Source of the DNA: the human T2T-CHM13v2.0 reference genome, Homo sapiens
Assembly: GCF_009914755.1 (NCBI RefSeq)
Contig: NC_060938.1
Length of the DNA: 64,000 bases
Reading direction: 5' to 3' (one strand)
Below, one piece after another: positions 40,187 through 58,140 of the stretch (position 1 is the stretch's first letter; every line of letters starts with the position of its first letter). The notes beneath the pieces were generated by a model. The model worked only from the letters and a program-made list of their open reading frames with translations, was not told the origin of the DNA and searched no databases. Position numbers and translations under genes: made by a program.

Positions 40187-40879
40187 TTTAGGAAATGACA
40201 ATTAAAAACAACATATTCTCCCAACTCAAAAACCTCCACAGAGTAGTAAAATATAAAAAGTTTTATTATTGAATAAGCATTAAACTAGGATGTGATGAGC
40301 ATCACAATCTGCTAAGAGATTACAAAGAAAAAAAGTTTACCCATTTACGTAGCCAAGCACATAAAAGCCATTACACGCATGTTCTCAAGATAAACAATAA
40401 CTAGTCTTCAAGTAAGAGGACTTGACAGCACCATTTGTCATGCAGCATTTATCCTAGATTTACCTGGTAATTAGAGAGGACATCTGTGATAACTCATTGG
40501 CTTTATCAAGAGAAAAAAATACTTTCATATCTTTGTGATGGAATGTAGTTTTGCAACTTGGAGCAAGGTGCTCAATGAAGCTGAGCTCCTGCCCTCCCAC
40601 AGAAACTGGGAGATAGGGGTGCTATCGTCTTGATTTTTACATTTCAGGCAAATGATTCTCAGGTCTTTGAGAAAGATAACTCTGTGTTCTACAGCTGACA
40701 AATGGCCTATCTAGTTTTCTAACAGATTTATATACATTTCAAAGAGAAGAGAAAGAACTTACAATTTTTGGTTTTCTAAAGTAAATGCTCTAAGAAAAAG
40801 GGGAGGGACAGAAATCTTTTACCTTACTGTTAATAAATAGAATTAAGCCTCTTATTTTTCACTTATATTTGTTTTTACA
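40187..40879 (-). mobile_element. ERV1 (MER4-group) solo LTR, subfamily uncertain
   Basis: About 0.7 kb ending 'atttgtttttaca'; minus-strand AATAAA near 40262; MER4-group-like motifs 'acatttcaaagag' and 'caggtctttgagaaag'. Confidence 0.7.
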
Positions 40880-41627
40880 GAAGTCAAAGAGACATAGAGA
40901 AATAGGAGAGTTCATCAGTGATCTTTGGCTTGTTGCTTCTTTATTAAAAATATGGGTAAAACACACACAGACACAAGTAACCAAATAAGCAGATGGAAAC
41001 AAGAACATCCAAAATAATAGAACTTAGTTCTAACCAAGTTCTAATAAGTTATTCTAATAATCTGATTATCATCAGAATGACTCTACTTTTCCATCATTAT
41101 TCCCACCTCTAGCTGAATCAGTGATTAATTAATTTAGTGATTGTTAGATCCGTTGTTGAATGCTTTTTTTTTTTTTCTTACTGCTTTTTAGATCTTTATA
41201 TGCTTTCTTCAATCTGGATCCAAACCTCTGAATAAAATTTAAGGTTCAGTTGAATATGTTAAAGATTTATTCTACCAATTCTACCAATAATCTATTATTT
41301 TTTTCCTTTTATTAGCAACTGGAAAGACTTACTGATCCTAGTTTACACTGACATACTGGAAATTTTAATGTAAACCATATGAACTTCCGCATTTTTCTTC
41401 ATGATCAATATTTCAAAAATTCATCTCATCTGTACAAAAATATTGATACTAAAATGTGATATATTAAAATTTACTAGATAAATTCTAAGGGAAAACTGTT
41501 TGATATATACTTATAAAACAATATGCAGTGAATAAACTATCAGTTATGTGTATATTTTTTATGAAGACAAATTATAGACATTCAAAAGTTTGCTTATAAT
41601 CATAGAAATTTTTGTACATCTAATTAT

Positions 41628-42785
<1,158 letters not shown>

Positions 42786-43539
42786 TTATAGAGTCCTTCT
42801 TGGCATTTATCTCTAAAATTATTGCAAGGTCTAATAAAATGATGAGTTTGTATTTGGAAACTTGCAAATCACAAAAGTTATGTGTTTTGAAATAATATTT
42901 ATAGTACAATTACCAAGAAAAATTAGAATATATTTTCACTAGAATTTATTTTTAAATATAAATTAAAACATGATTATAACATTTTTTCCAAATTATTTTC
43001 CCCTAAAAAAAAACACTTGTTTTGTTTTGTTTTGCCCGAGTCTACAATTTAAACAATCTGCTACTTGATAATATTTTCATCTGATTGGAAATTGCTTTTA
43101 ATGGTTTTAATCTTAGTAATCCTAATGTTACAAAAAATTTGAAATTAATGTTCATCGAAAGCGAGGAATAATTATATTGTTCCATCTTTTTTCAAATTTT
43201 AAACAAACTGTCAGAATATATTATCATTTTGTAACACTCCCAATATTAATACTTTAATATCTGTTTAAACTATAATTGTTTCTAACACATTATTCTTATT
43301 CTTATTGCAAAATAGTAACAAACTTTAATTACATAATCTTACGCATATACAAGAGGCTGAAGTGAAAAATAATACAAATTATTTTCCACATTTAACTTTT
43401 TCTTTTTTGATTTTTGTCAAGTTAAACTAAAATGTCATTCTTCAGAAGTAAAAAAATTTTTAAATGTTTATACTAAATGCATGCTGAATTTTGTAGGATA
43501 ATTTGTGTGCATGTATTCAAATTACCATGTAATAGTTTT

Positions 43540-43890
43540 CTATTATTCTATAAATACAGTATATTACCATTTTATATGAAAATATATTCCGTTTTATACA
43601 AAATATATGTAAGTACATATTTTATCTATTGTATTTATATAATTTTAGAAAATTATCATTATATTTATATATTTATTATCAACATATTTTTATTTAAATA
43701 TGGGTATATTGACATATATGCATAATCACATATATAAATATAGTATATATGCATATTACATATATATGTAAATATTAAATATATTTAAATAAAATAAATA
43801 TATGCAGCATATATTTACATGTATTTTTATGAAAGGAAATAGGTATTAATACATAAAATATATATACATAGATACATATCTATTATAATA
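43540..43890. repeat. AT-rich low-complexity (TA-like) tract
   Basis: Degenerate tata/catata runs with small palindromes such as tacatatatatgta. Confidence 0.75.
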
Positions 43891-45330
43891 TGTTAAATCA
43901 GCCTTGATTTCCTGGGATAGATTCCATTTGGTCATAGTGTATATGTTTTTATGTGTTGTTAAATTTGGTTTAGTGGCATTTTCTTAAGGGGTTTTACATC
44001 TTATATCCATGATTAATATTAGTCCTTACTTTTCTAAATATGACTTTATCCAGCATTACCATCAGGGTAATATTGGCCTTATAGGTGAGTTGGGAAGTGT
44101 TCCTCCTTTATTTTCTGGACAAGTTTGTGAAAGGTGATTTTTCTTCTTAATTCAATTTTGGTATTTTTTTCTCTGGGATTTTTTTCATGTCATCTAAATT
44201 GACTATTTTATTGGCATAAAGTTATTTATAATCCCTTATAATTTCTACAGTCCTATAAGTTCACAGTGATTTTTTAAATCTGTATTTTCTTACATTTTCT
44301 TCATCATTCTGGATAAAGTTTGTCAACCTTGTTAATATTTTAAAAGAACCAACTTCATTTCCATTGCTTTCTCCATTGATTTTCTGTTATCTATTTCATT
44401 GATTTTTGCTTTAATCTTTATTACTTTCTTGTCTTTGCTTGACTTGGTTTAGTTTGCTCTTCTTTTTTAGTTTCTTAAAATAAAACTTGATTGGTGATTT
44501 AAACTTTCTTCTTTTTTTTGATACAGAAATTAAAGCTATAGATTTTCCATTTGCAGTCTTTAGATGAAGTGTTTTACAATTGTCAATTAGGTCAAGCTGG
44601 TTGATAGTGTTGTTCAAGTATTCTATAGAACTGTTAATTGTCTGTCTAATTTATCTATTACTTATTGAATATGGGGTATTAAAATCTTTTAGAGTGGCTG
44701 CTAAATTATCTAGTTCTTTGAACTCTCTCAATTTCTTATCTGTGCATATTGGGGCTCCTTTATTAAGTGTATATGCATTCTAATGAGTACCATTCCTGAC
44801 ACATGGACTTGTTTATCATTACAGTATGTACTTCTTTGTCTCTAGTAATACGTTTTGTCTTAAAATCCATTTTGTCTAATATTAGTATAGTAACTCAAAC
44901 TCTATTATTATTAGTGTTTGTAAGGTAATTTTCTCCATGCTTTTACTTTAAACTTTTTACTTTCAATGTCACATAAGCTTTGTCTTTCAAAGACAGTATG
45001 CAATGGGTCCTGCATATGTCCTTTATTTAAAAATTTCTATCCATTGATGGGGTGTTTAGTGTATTCACGTTTAATGATATTATTGATGTAGTCACATTTA
45101 TATTTGCTATTTTGCTATTTGTTTGGTTTTTATCATGTCTTTATTGTTGCTCTGTTCTTCCTTTACTGAATTATTAAAAACATATTTTAGTATACAATTT
45201 TCGTATTTCTGTTATTTTTTCAAGTTTTTTGAATTATTTTCCATTTCGTTGTCCTAGGTACTATAAAACGCATCTTAACTTATACTTCAGGATAATAGAA
45301 ACTTAATTCTGGTAAAACATAAAAAGTTTA
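43890..45330 (-). mobile_element. Ancient L1M ORF2 5' half fragments
   Basis: Minus ORF 44411-44617 starts MNNTINQLDLID (L1 EN motif); antisense RT-region motifs at 43900-44100. Confidence 0.8.
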
Positions 45331-45340
45331 CACCCATATA

Positions 45341-45622
45341 TGAGATATTTCAAGAAATTCATAAAAAATTCATATTATGAAAAAACTATTCATGAATTTC
45401 AAAGTGTTTTTGCACCACGATAAACTTGTACTAACTTGTTTTAATATATCTGAAAAGGATCTAGTTTGGAGGCAGTAAGAAGGGTCAGACATCAGTTTGA
45501 AAAGAGCTCCCATCAGAGCAACATGAATTCAGTTAAAGCAAGAACAAACTTCAAATTTATAATGAAACTGGGGTGATAAGAATGGTGAAATCATTGATTC
45601 TTTACAAAAAGTTTATGGGGAG
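45341..45622 (+). mobile_element. HSMAR2 mariner 5' fragment
   Basis: TA followed by a degenerate TIR 'tgagatatttcaagaaattcataaaaaat'; transposase start at ATG 45523 (MNSVKARTNFKFIMKLG, then KNGEIIDSLQKVYG after a frameshift). Confidence 0.88.
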
Positions 45623-46077
45623 CATTTATCCCTACCGTATCTTAGAAGTAACTACATATATATATATATACACTTCAAAACAATATGCCATACATGTTAA
45701 ATATATAATTTAAATAAATAAATAAATGAGAGAAAATATCTATCTAAAAGTTATGACTATAATGCTATATATAGATCGGGATATTGTGGGTTAGTGAAGC
45801 TAAGAAAATTACCCAAATTCACCCATTTAGTAATTGATGGAACTTTGACTCAAAATAAGCAATCTAGCTCAAGAAATGGAATTAATAATATGTTTAAGTA
45901 AGGCATATTTAAAGAGGATTGACTGTATTTGCTGCCTTGATATACTATAAAAAGATTTCCAGAAGTGGGCTTTATAATTACTTTTGTTAAACAAACAAAC
46001 AAACAAAACTTCAATGCTCTAATACAGTGTGATCTCTGAATCACTGAAGATCTAGTCATAAGAAATCTTTTTCTTTT

Positions 46078-46403
46078 GATGAGTTCATGTCCTTTGTAGG
46101 GACATGGATGAAGCTGGAAACCATCATTCTCAGCAAACTATCGCAAGGACAGAAAACCAAACATTGCATGTTCTCACTCATAGGTGGGAATTGAACAATG
46201 AGAACACTTTGACACAGGAAGGGGAACATCACACACCTGGGCCTGTCCTGGTGTGGGGGGAGGGGGAGGGATAGCATTAGGAGATATACCTAATGTAAAT
46301 GACAAGTTAATGGGTGCAGCACACCAACATCGCACATGTATACATATGTAACAAACCTGCACGTTGTGCACATGTGCCCTAGAACTTAAAGTATAAAAAA
46401 AAA
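46078..46403 (+). mobile_element. Short 5'-truncated L1PA5-like 3' end
   Basis: 'ctatcgcaaggacagaaaacc', 'ctaatgtaaatgac' and 'ccctagaac'; 17-bp TSD agaaatMtttttctttt (46061-46077 / 46404-46420). Confidence 0.93.
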
Positions 46404-46490
46404 AGAAATATTTTTCTTTTAATCTATATCACATCTTAAGCTTATTTCATCAATGATTTCTACAAGGAAACACTGCTAGAAAGATTCTAG

Positions 46491-46584
46491 TCATAATACC
46501 CAGAAGAATGCAACATAAATTTTTATACAAGAATTTTATATAACTTTTATAAGAATTATTGTTGCATTATTTGGGGTATTATGA
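46491..46584. repeat. Imperfect inverted repeat, 41-bp arms with a 12-nt spacer
   Basis: Arm 46491-46531 versus the reverse complement of 46544-46584: 34/41 identical, ungapped. Confidence 0.85.
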
Positions 46585-46928
46585 ATTAATACCCTGAATT
46601 CTTGTAAATTCTTACACAATTCTAATACATCAATTGAATATATGGACTGATAGTTATAAACATCTCAAAAAAGATAAGTAAAATAATAAAAGTACTCTAT
46701 TTCCACATGTGTATAATTTCATAACTTAATAATTACATAATATAATTTAATTTGCATGTTAAACAAAATATATTGAAACACTAGATCATTTCTGATATTC
46801 TTTTAATGAAGGGAAATATGGGATCTAAGTGAGGACACGGGCTTACACTGAAAGCATCACAATATAATGTTAAAATCATGGACTCCAAGACTTCTTCTAC
46901 CAATCATCAGCTATGTAACTTTGTTTGG

Positions 46929-47478
46929 TGTAGCAGAAGTCTGCAAAAATGGCCACAATAATTCCTTGTTTCCTATGTGCACATTCCCTTGGAATGTAGC
47001 TATAGGAATTCTGCATAATAAGGTGTAATCTATATGCCCATCCCATATATCTGGATTTGCATTTTGATTTGCTTGGAAAAAGAGAATATAAAATATGTAA
47101 TGTTGCTAAACTTCAGAGCCTAAGCTTCAAAAGGCTTAGTTTCTACTCTCATCCTCTAGTAACACTTCCATAAATTACCTTCTAGAAAATCTAGAACTAG
47201 TTAGCTAGAAATGAGCAGCCCTGTTGAGAAGAACAAAGGAGCTGCAGATGACAGCCAGAATCAACTGACAATTATGTATGTACAACCACGTGAGACAAGT
47301 AAGCCCCAGGAGAGCTGCCAAGGGTCTGAAGTTGCATGAGTGACCCCAGGTAAAACCGGCAGAACCTTCCAGATAAACCCAAGTGCTAACATACAGATTT
47401 ACAGGCAAATACATAGTTGACTTTTTCAGTTTAAGGTGATCTGTAAGTTTAGCATTATGCAGCTATAGATAACTAAAA
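46929..47478 (+). mobile_element. MaLR LTR (MLT1G/H-like) inserted in a MIR
   Basis: 'tgtagcaga...aaaaatggccaca' through 'ttatgcagctatagataacta'; MIR halves at about 46860-46925 and 47480-47630. Confidence 0.75.
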
Positions 47479-47695
47479 AAATGCAGATTACTTAAATTCT
47501 CTGATGTTTTAGCTTTCTACCTATAAAGTTTGGAGAAATAATAGTCTGTACCTCATAGGTTGGTTTGGGGTTAATCTTCCTAAATTTTTTAATCAGTGCC
47601 TGGCACCTGGCAAATATTCTATATGTGACTGTGAAATACATAAATAAAACAGAAAACATATGATAAATTAGGCAAAATAGAAAACTATTGGCATA

Positions 47696-48010
<315 letters not shown>

Positions 48011-49042
48011 CTATTGACTCACTTAATCACAGCATATAAAGGACTGGGTGCAATTGGATCTAAGAGATAACTGGATACTGAAAATTGAAAGCACTCAAAA
48101 ATCCCTCTACTTCCTATCTCTGCTTTTTGGCATCATCTTCTCCCAACAGCTGTTTTCATATAGCTATATGTATGGTTGCAACCATCATTTGAATAGAGCA
48201 GAAATCTCAGTGTTTAAAGAAAGGATTTCTGAATATTCTCTTCACCTGACATTTCAAAGTACTACAAAAAAGTACTTTAGAAACTATGAATGATTAAAAC
48301 ATCAAATGTCAGCTTTCATGAATTACTAACAGTATATGTGCAATGCATTAATCTTTTTAACCTATATACTATATTAATATTGTATAACAAAAATAATTGA
48401 AGATTATTCCATTTATAAGCTTTGTATTGACTATAAACTATCAAAAATAGTTTAATTCAGACACACAACCATGGTAAAGCATTTGAAAGACAATTCATTG
48501 CAATGGAATTAGATATTTTATAAATCAAATTGAAAGTATATAAAATATCTTTATATAAATATTACATAAAAAATTATAATGAAATAACTATATATTATCT
48601 GTTTAAATATTAATTTAATGGAAAATATGCTAAATTATTAAATTCTGAAGAATCTTTACCAATGACACAGTGGGGATAAACACACACATTAAAAAAGAGT
48701 ATAAATCTGGGAAACCAAAACCAGAGGCAAATCAAACTGTTATCCACAAAATCAAATTGGCTTCATCCCTGGGTCAAAAGGTTGATTCAACATATGAAAA
48801 TCAATAAAAGTAATTCATCACATAAACAGAACTAAAGACAAAACCACCTGATTATCTCAACAGATGCAGAAAAGACCTTCCATAAAATTTAACATCCCTT
48901 CATGTTAAAAACTCTCAATAAATTAGGTACTGAAAGAACATACCTCAAAATAATGAGAAATGTATATGCCAAGCCCATAGCCAAAATCATACTGAGTGGG
49001 CAAAAGCTGGAAACATTTCTCTTGAAAACTGACACAAGACAA

Positions 49043-49940
49043 AGCCAAGATGGCCGAATAGGAAAAGCTCCCGTCTACAGCTCCCAGCATGAGCGACGCA
49101 GAAGACAGTGATTTCTGCATTTCCATCTGAGGTACCGGGTTCATCTCACTAGGGAGTGCCAGACAGTGGGTGCAGGTCAGTGGGTGTGCGCACCGTGCGC
49201 GAGCCGAAGCAGGGCGAGGCATTGCCTCACTTGGGAAGCGCAAGGGGTCAGGGAGTTCCCTTTCCCAGTCAAAGAAAGGGGTGACAGACGCACCTGGAAA
49301 ATCGGGTCACTCCCACCCAAATACTGCGCTTTTCCGACAGGCTTAAAAAACGGCGCACCACGAGATTATATCCCACACCTGGCTCGGAGGGTCCTACACC
49401 CAGGGAGTCTCACTGATTGCTAGCACAACAGTCTGAGATCAAACTGCAAAGCGGCAGCCAGGCTGGGGGAGGGGCGCCCGCCATTGCCCAGGCTTGATTA
49501 GGTAAACAAAGCAGCCTGGAAGCTCCAACTGGGCGGAGCCCACCACAGCTCAAGGAGGCCTGCCTGCCTCTGTAGGCTCCACCTCTGGGGTCAGGGCACA
49601 GACAAACAAAAAGACAGCAGTAACCTCTGCAGACTTAAATGTCCCTGTCTCACAGCTTTGAAGAGAGCAGTGGTTCTCCCAGTACGCAGCTGGAGATCTG
49701 AGAACCTGCAGACTGCCTCCTCAAGTGGGTCCCTGATCCCTCACCCCTGAGCAGCCTAACTGGGAGGCACCCCCCCAGCAGGGGCACACTGACACCTCAC
49801 ATGGCAGGGTATTCCAACAGACCTGCAGCTGAGGGTCCTGTCTGTTAGAAGGAAAACTAACAAACAGAAAGGACAACCACACCAAAAACCCATCTGTACA
49901 TCACCATCATCAAAGACCAAAAGTAGATAAAACCACAAAG
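49043..49940 (+). promoter_or_regulatory. L1 5'UTR internal sense/antisense promoter with YY1 site, short (129-bp-deleted) form
   Basis: caagatggcc at the 5' end; the most CpG-rich part of the window; 'ggcagggtattccaacagacc' junction at about 49811 is the short form lacking the segment found in older L1PA 5'UTRs. Confidence 0.8.
49410..49484 (-). pseudogene. L1 ORF0, truncated by a premature stop
   Basis: Antisense ATG at 49484 reads MAGAPPPAWLPLCSLISDCCASNQ then TGA (49412-49410), a CGA>TGA change. Confidence 0.85.
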
Positions 49941-50956
49941 ATGGGGAAAAAACAGAACAGAAAAACTGGAAACTCTAAAACGCAGAGTGCCTCTCCTCCT
50001 CCAAAGGAACGCAGTTCCTCACCAGCAACGGAACAAAGCTGGATGGAGAATGACTTTGACGAGCTGAGAGAAGAAGGCTTCAGACGATCAAATTACTCTG
50101 AGCTAAGGGACGACATTCAAATCAAAGGCAAAGAAGTTGAAAACTTTGGAAAAAATTTAGAAGAATGTATAACTAGAATAACCAATATAGAGAAGTGCTT
50201 AAAGGAGCTGATGGAGCTGAAAACCAAGGCTCCAGAACTACGTGAAGAATGCAGAAGCCTCAGGAGCCGATGGGATCAACTGGAAGAAAGGGTATCAGCG
50301 ATGGAAGATGAAATGAATGAAATGAAGCGAGAAGGGAAGTTTAGAAAAAAAGAATAAAAAGAAACGAGCAAAGCCTCCAAGAAATATGGGACTATGTGAA
50401 AAGACCAAATCTACGTCTGATTGGTGTACCTGAAAGTGATGGGGAGAATGGAACCAAGCTGGAAAACACTCTGCAGGATATTATCCAGGAGAACTTCCCC
50501 AATCTAGCAAGGCAGGCCAACGTTCAGATTAAGGAAATACAGAGAACACCACAAAGATACTCCTCGAGAAGAGCAACTCCAAGACACATAATTGTCAGAT
50601 TCACAAAAGTTGCAATGAAGGAAAAAATGTTAAGGGCAGCCAGAGAGAAAGGTCGGGTTACCCTCAAAGGAAAGCCCAACAGACTAACAGCAGATCTCTC
50701 GGCAGAAACCCTACAAGCCAGAAGAGAGTGGGGGCCAATATTCAACATTCTTAAAGACAAGAATTTTCAACCCAGAATTTCATATCCAGCCAAACTAAGC
50801 TTCATAAGTGAAGGAGAAATAAAATACTTTACAGACAAGCAAATGCTGAGAGATTTTGTCACCACCAGGCCTGCCCTAAAAGAGCTCCTGAAGGAAGCGC
50901 TAAACATGGAAAGGAACAACCGGTACCAGCCACTGCAAAATCATGCCAAAATGTAA
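49941..50956 (+). pseudogene. L1 ORF1p, one frameshift near 50345
   Basis: ORFs 49941-50357 (MGKKQNRKTGNSK...) and 50396-50956 (...YPAKLS...QNHAKM) are the two halves. Confidence 0.95.
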
Positions 50957-51019
50957 AGACCATCGAGACTAGGAAGAAACTGCATCAACTAACGAGCAAA
51001 ATCAACAGCTAACATCATC

Positions 51020-54843
<3,824 letters not shown>

Positions 54844-57369
54844 ACAATGAGATCACATGGACACAGGAAGGGGAATATCACACTCTGGGGACTGTTGTGG
54901 GGTGGGGGGAGGGGGGAGGGATAGCATTGGGAGATATAGCTAATGCTAGATGACGAGTTAGTGGGTGCAGTGCACCAGCATGGCACATGTATACATATGT
55001 AACTAACCTGCACAATGTGCACATGTACCCTAAAACTTAAAGTATAATAAAAAATAAATAAATAAAATAAAATAAAATAAATGACAAAAAAAAAAAAAGA
55101 AAAAAAAAGAAAACTGACACAAGACAAGGATGCCCTACCTCACCACTCCTATTCAACATAATTTTGGAAGTTGTGGCCAGGGCAATCAGGAAAGAGAAAG
55201 AAATAAAGGGTATTTAAATAGGAAAAGATAAAGTCAGTCTTTGTTTGCAGATGACATGATTCTATGTCTAGAAAACCCTATCATCTCAGCCCAAAAGCTT
55301 CTAAAGCTGATAAACAACTTCAGCAAAGTCTCAGCATACAAAATCAATGTGCTAAAATTGCAAGCATTCCTATACACCAACAACTGGCAAGGAGAGAGCA
55401 AAATGATGAATGAACTCCCATTCACAATTACTACAAAAATAATAAAATACATAGAAATACAGCTAACAAGAAAGGTGAAGGACCTCTTCTAGGATAACTA
55501 CACACCACTCTCAAAGAAATCAGAAGTGAAACAAACAAATGGAAAAACATTTCATGCTCATTGATAGGAAGAATCAATATCGTGAAAATGATTATACTAT
55601 CCAAAGCAATTTATATATTCAATGCTATTCCCATTAAACTATCATTGACATTCTTCACAGAATTAGAAAAACCTATTTTAAAATTCATATGAAATCAAAT
55701 AAGAGCCCAAATAGCCAAGACAATTCTAAGCAAAAAGAACAAAGCTGGGCCCATCATGCTGCCTGAATTTAAACTATACTAAAAGGCAACAATAACCAAA
55801 ACAACATGGTACTGGTATAACAACAGATACGTAGACTAATGGAACAGAATAGAGAACTCAGAAGTAAGACTGCACAACTACAGATATTAGATCTTTGACA
55901 AACCTTACAAAAAAAAGCTATGGGGAAAAGATTCTCTATTTCATAAGCGGTGCTGGGAGAACTGGCCTGCCATATGCATAAAACTGAAAGTCAACCCCTT
56001 CCTTAAACCAAATACAAAAATTAACTCAAGATTGATTAAAGCCTTAAATGTAAAACCCCAAACTATGAAAACTCTAGAAGAAAACCTAGGCAATACCATT
56101 TAGGATATTTTCATGAGCAAGTATTTTATGACAAAAACCCAAAAAGCAATTGCAACAAAAGCAAAAATTGACACATGGAATCTAATTCAACTACAGAGCT
56201 TGTGCCCATCAAAAGAAGCTATCATCAGCGTGAACAGACAACCTATAGAATGGGAGAAAATTTTTGCAACCTATCCATCTGACAAAGGTCTAATATCCAG
56301 AGTCTACAAGGAACTTAAACCAATTTACAAGAAAAAAACAAACAACTGCATTAAGAAGTGAGCAAAGGACATGAACAGACAATTCTCAAAAAAAGGCATA
56401 CATGTGGCCAACAAACAGATGAAAAAAAGCTCAACATCTCTGATCATTAGGTAAATGCAAATCAAAACTACAGTGATATACCATCTCACACCAGTCAGAA
56501 TGGCTATTTCTGAAAAGTCAAAAACAACAGATTCTGGCAAGCTTTCAGAGAAAATGAAATGCTTTAACACTGTTGGTGGGAGTGTAAATTAATTCAACCA
56601 TTGTGGAAGACACTGTGGCAATTCCTCAAAGACCTAAAGGCAGAAATACCATTTGACCTAGCAATACTATTATGGGCATATACTCACAGGAATATAAATA
56701 ATTCTATTATAAAGATACATGCAAGTGTATATTCATGCAGTGCTATTCACAATAGCAAAGACATGGAATAAACCTAAATGCCCATAAATGATAGACTGGA
56801 TATAGAAAATGTGGTACATATACATCATGGAATACTATGTGGCCATAAAAAGGAACGAGATCATGTCCTTTGCAGAGACATGGATGGAGTTGGAAGCCAT
56901 TATCCTCAGCAAACTAATGCAGAAACAGATAAACACCATATGTTCTAATAATTGGGAGGTGAATGATAAAAACACATGGACGCATTGGAGGTAACAACAC
57001 ACACTGAGGCTTGTTGGAGTCCATGGGGGAGGGTTAGCATCAGGAAGAATAGCTAATGGATGTTGGGCTATCACCTAGGTGATAGGATGATCTGTGCAGC
57101 AAACGAATATGGCAAACATTTACCTATGTAACAAACCCGCACATCCTGCACGTGTACCCCCGAATTTAAAACAAAAGTTAAAGAAATATATAAATTATAT
57201 AGACCTGTAGGTATTTTTCTGTAACCCCAATGATCAGATAAAGCAAGGACACAGTTTAAGTTCAAAAGTATAGAGCAAAAATTTGGATATTACTATATAG
57301 CACAGAAAAAATTTTCAATATTCTTGTTTCTAGTCTTCTTCCTCTCTCTACTAATAGCATTATATTGAG

Positions 57370-58140
57370 CAAAACCCATGCAGGAAAATTTTGAACAAAC
57401 ACTTCATAAAGGGAGATACTCAAATGGCCAATAAGCACATGAAAAATTTGATCAATATCATTAGTTACCAGAGATGAAAAGCTAAAACCATAATGATTTA
57501 ACATTACACACAACCTGAATGATAATTTTAAAATATTGACGACACTGAATTGTGTTTGTAGAGCAACTGAAACACTCACAAACTGCTGATAGAAGCATAT
57601 ATCTACTTTGAAAATCAGTTTGATACCTTCTTCAAACTATGATACATGAGTTTTATTTATCAAAGATAAATAAAAACATGACCACAGAAAGCCTTAGACA
57701 AAGAATTTTCATAGTAGCTTTATTTGTAGCAAGCAAAATCTGCAAATACCCAACAATAGCTATTCATCATCAGGGAAACTGATAAACTATGACATATTTA
57801 TAAAATATAATTTTACTAAGGAACAGAAAGGAAGAAACTATTGATCTGTGTAAAAATACAGATGCCAGGATTTTGCTGAGAGTCATTTTGGTGAAAAATA
57901 GAACAAAATATACTGTCTGATTCTATTTATAAGAAGCTCTGGATTAGACAATAGAAATCTATGATGATAGGAAAAATATCTGAGAGCAGGAAGTATGGAA
58001 ACTTGACTGGAAGCTGCATAAGGAAACAATAAAAATTCTACATTTTGATAAGGGTGTGATTATATGGCCTTATTAATTTTTTAAAACCCACTGAACTATA
58101 GAATTATCTATGTATTTTATCATATTTATATATCAATAAG
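57370..58140 (+). mobile_element. L1ME/MD-type 3' end
   Basis: 'gaacaaacacttca...caaatggccaataagcacatgaaaa' through 'atttatatatcaataa'. Confidence 0.75.

Noticed and set aside
46078-46403. L1 3' fragment starting almost exactly where the 10598-16740 L1 stops
   Set aside because: It has its own 17-bp TSD and younger (L1PA5-like) diagnostics, so it is an independent insertion and not the missing tail.
48902-49111. ORF fusing host L1 ORF2 to the young L1 5'UTR
   Set aside because: Incidental read-through across the insertion junction; only 69 aa.
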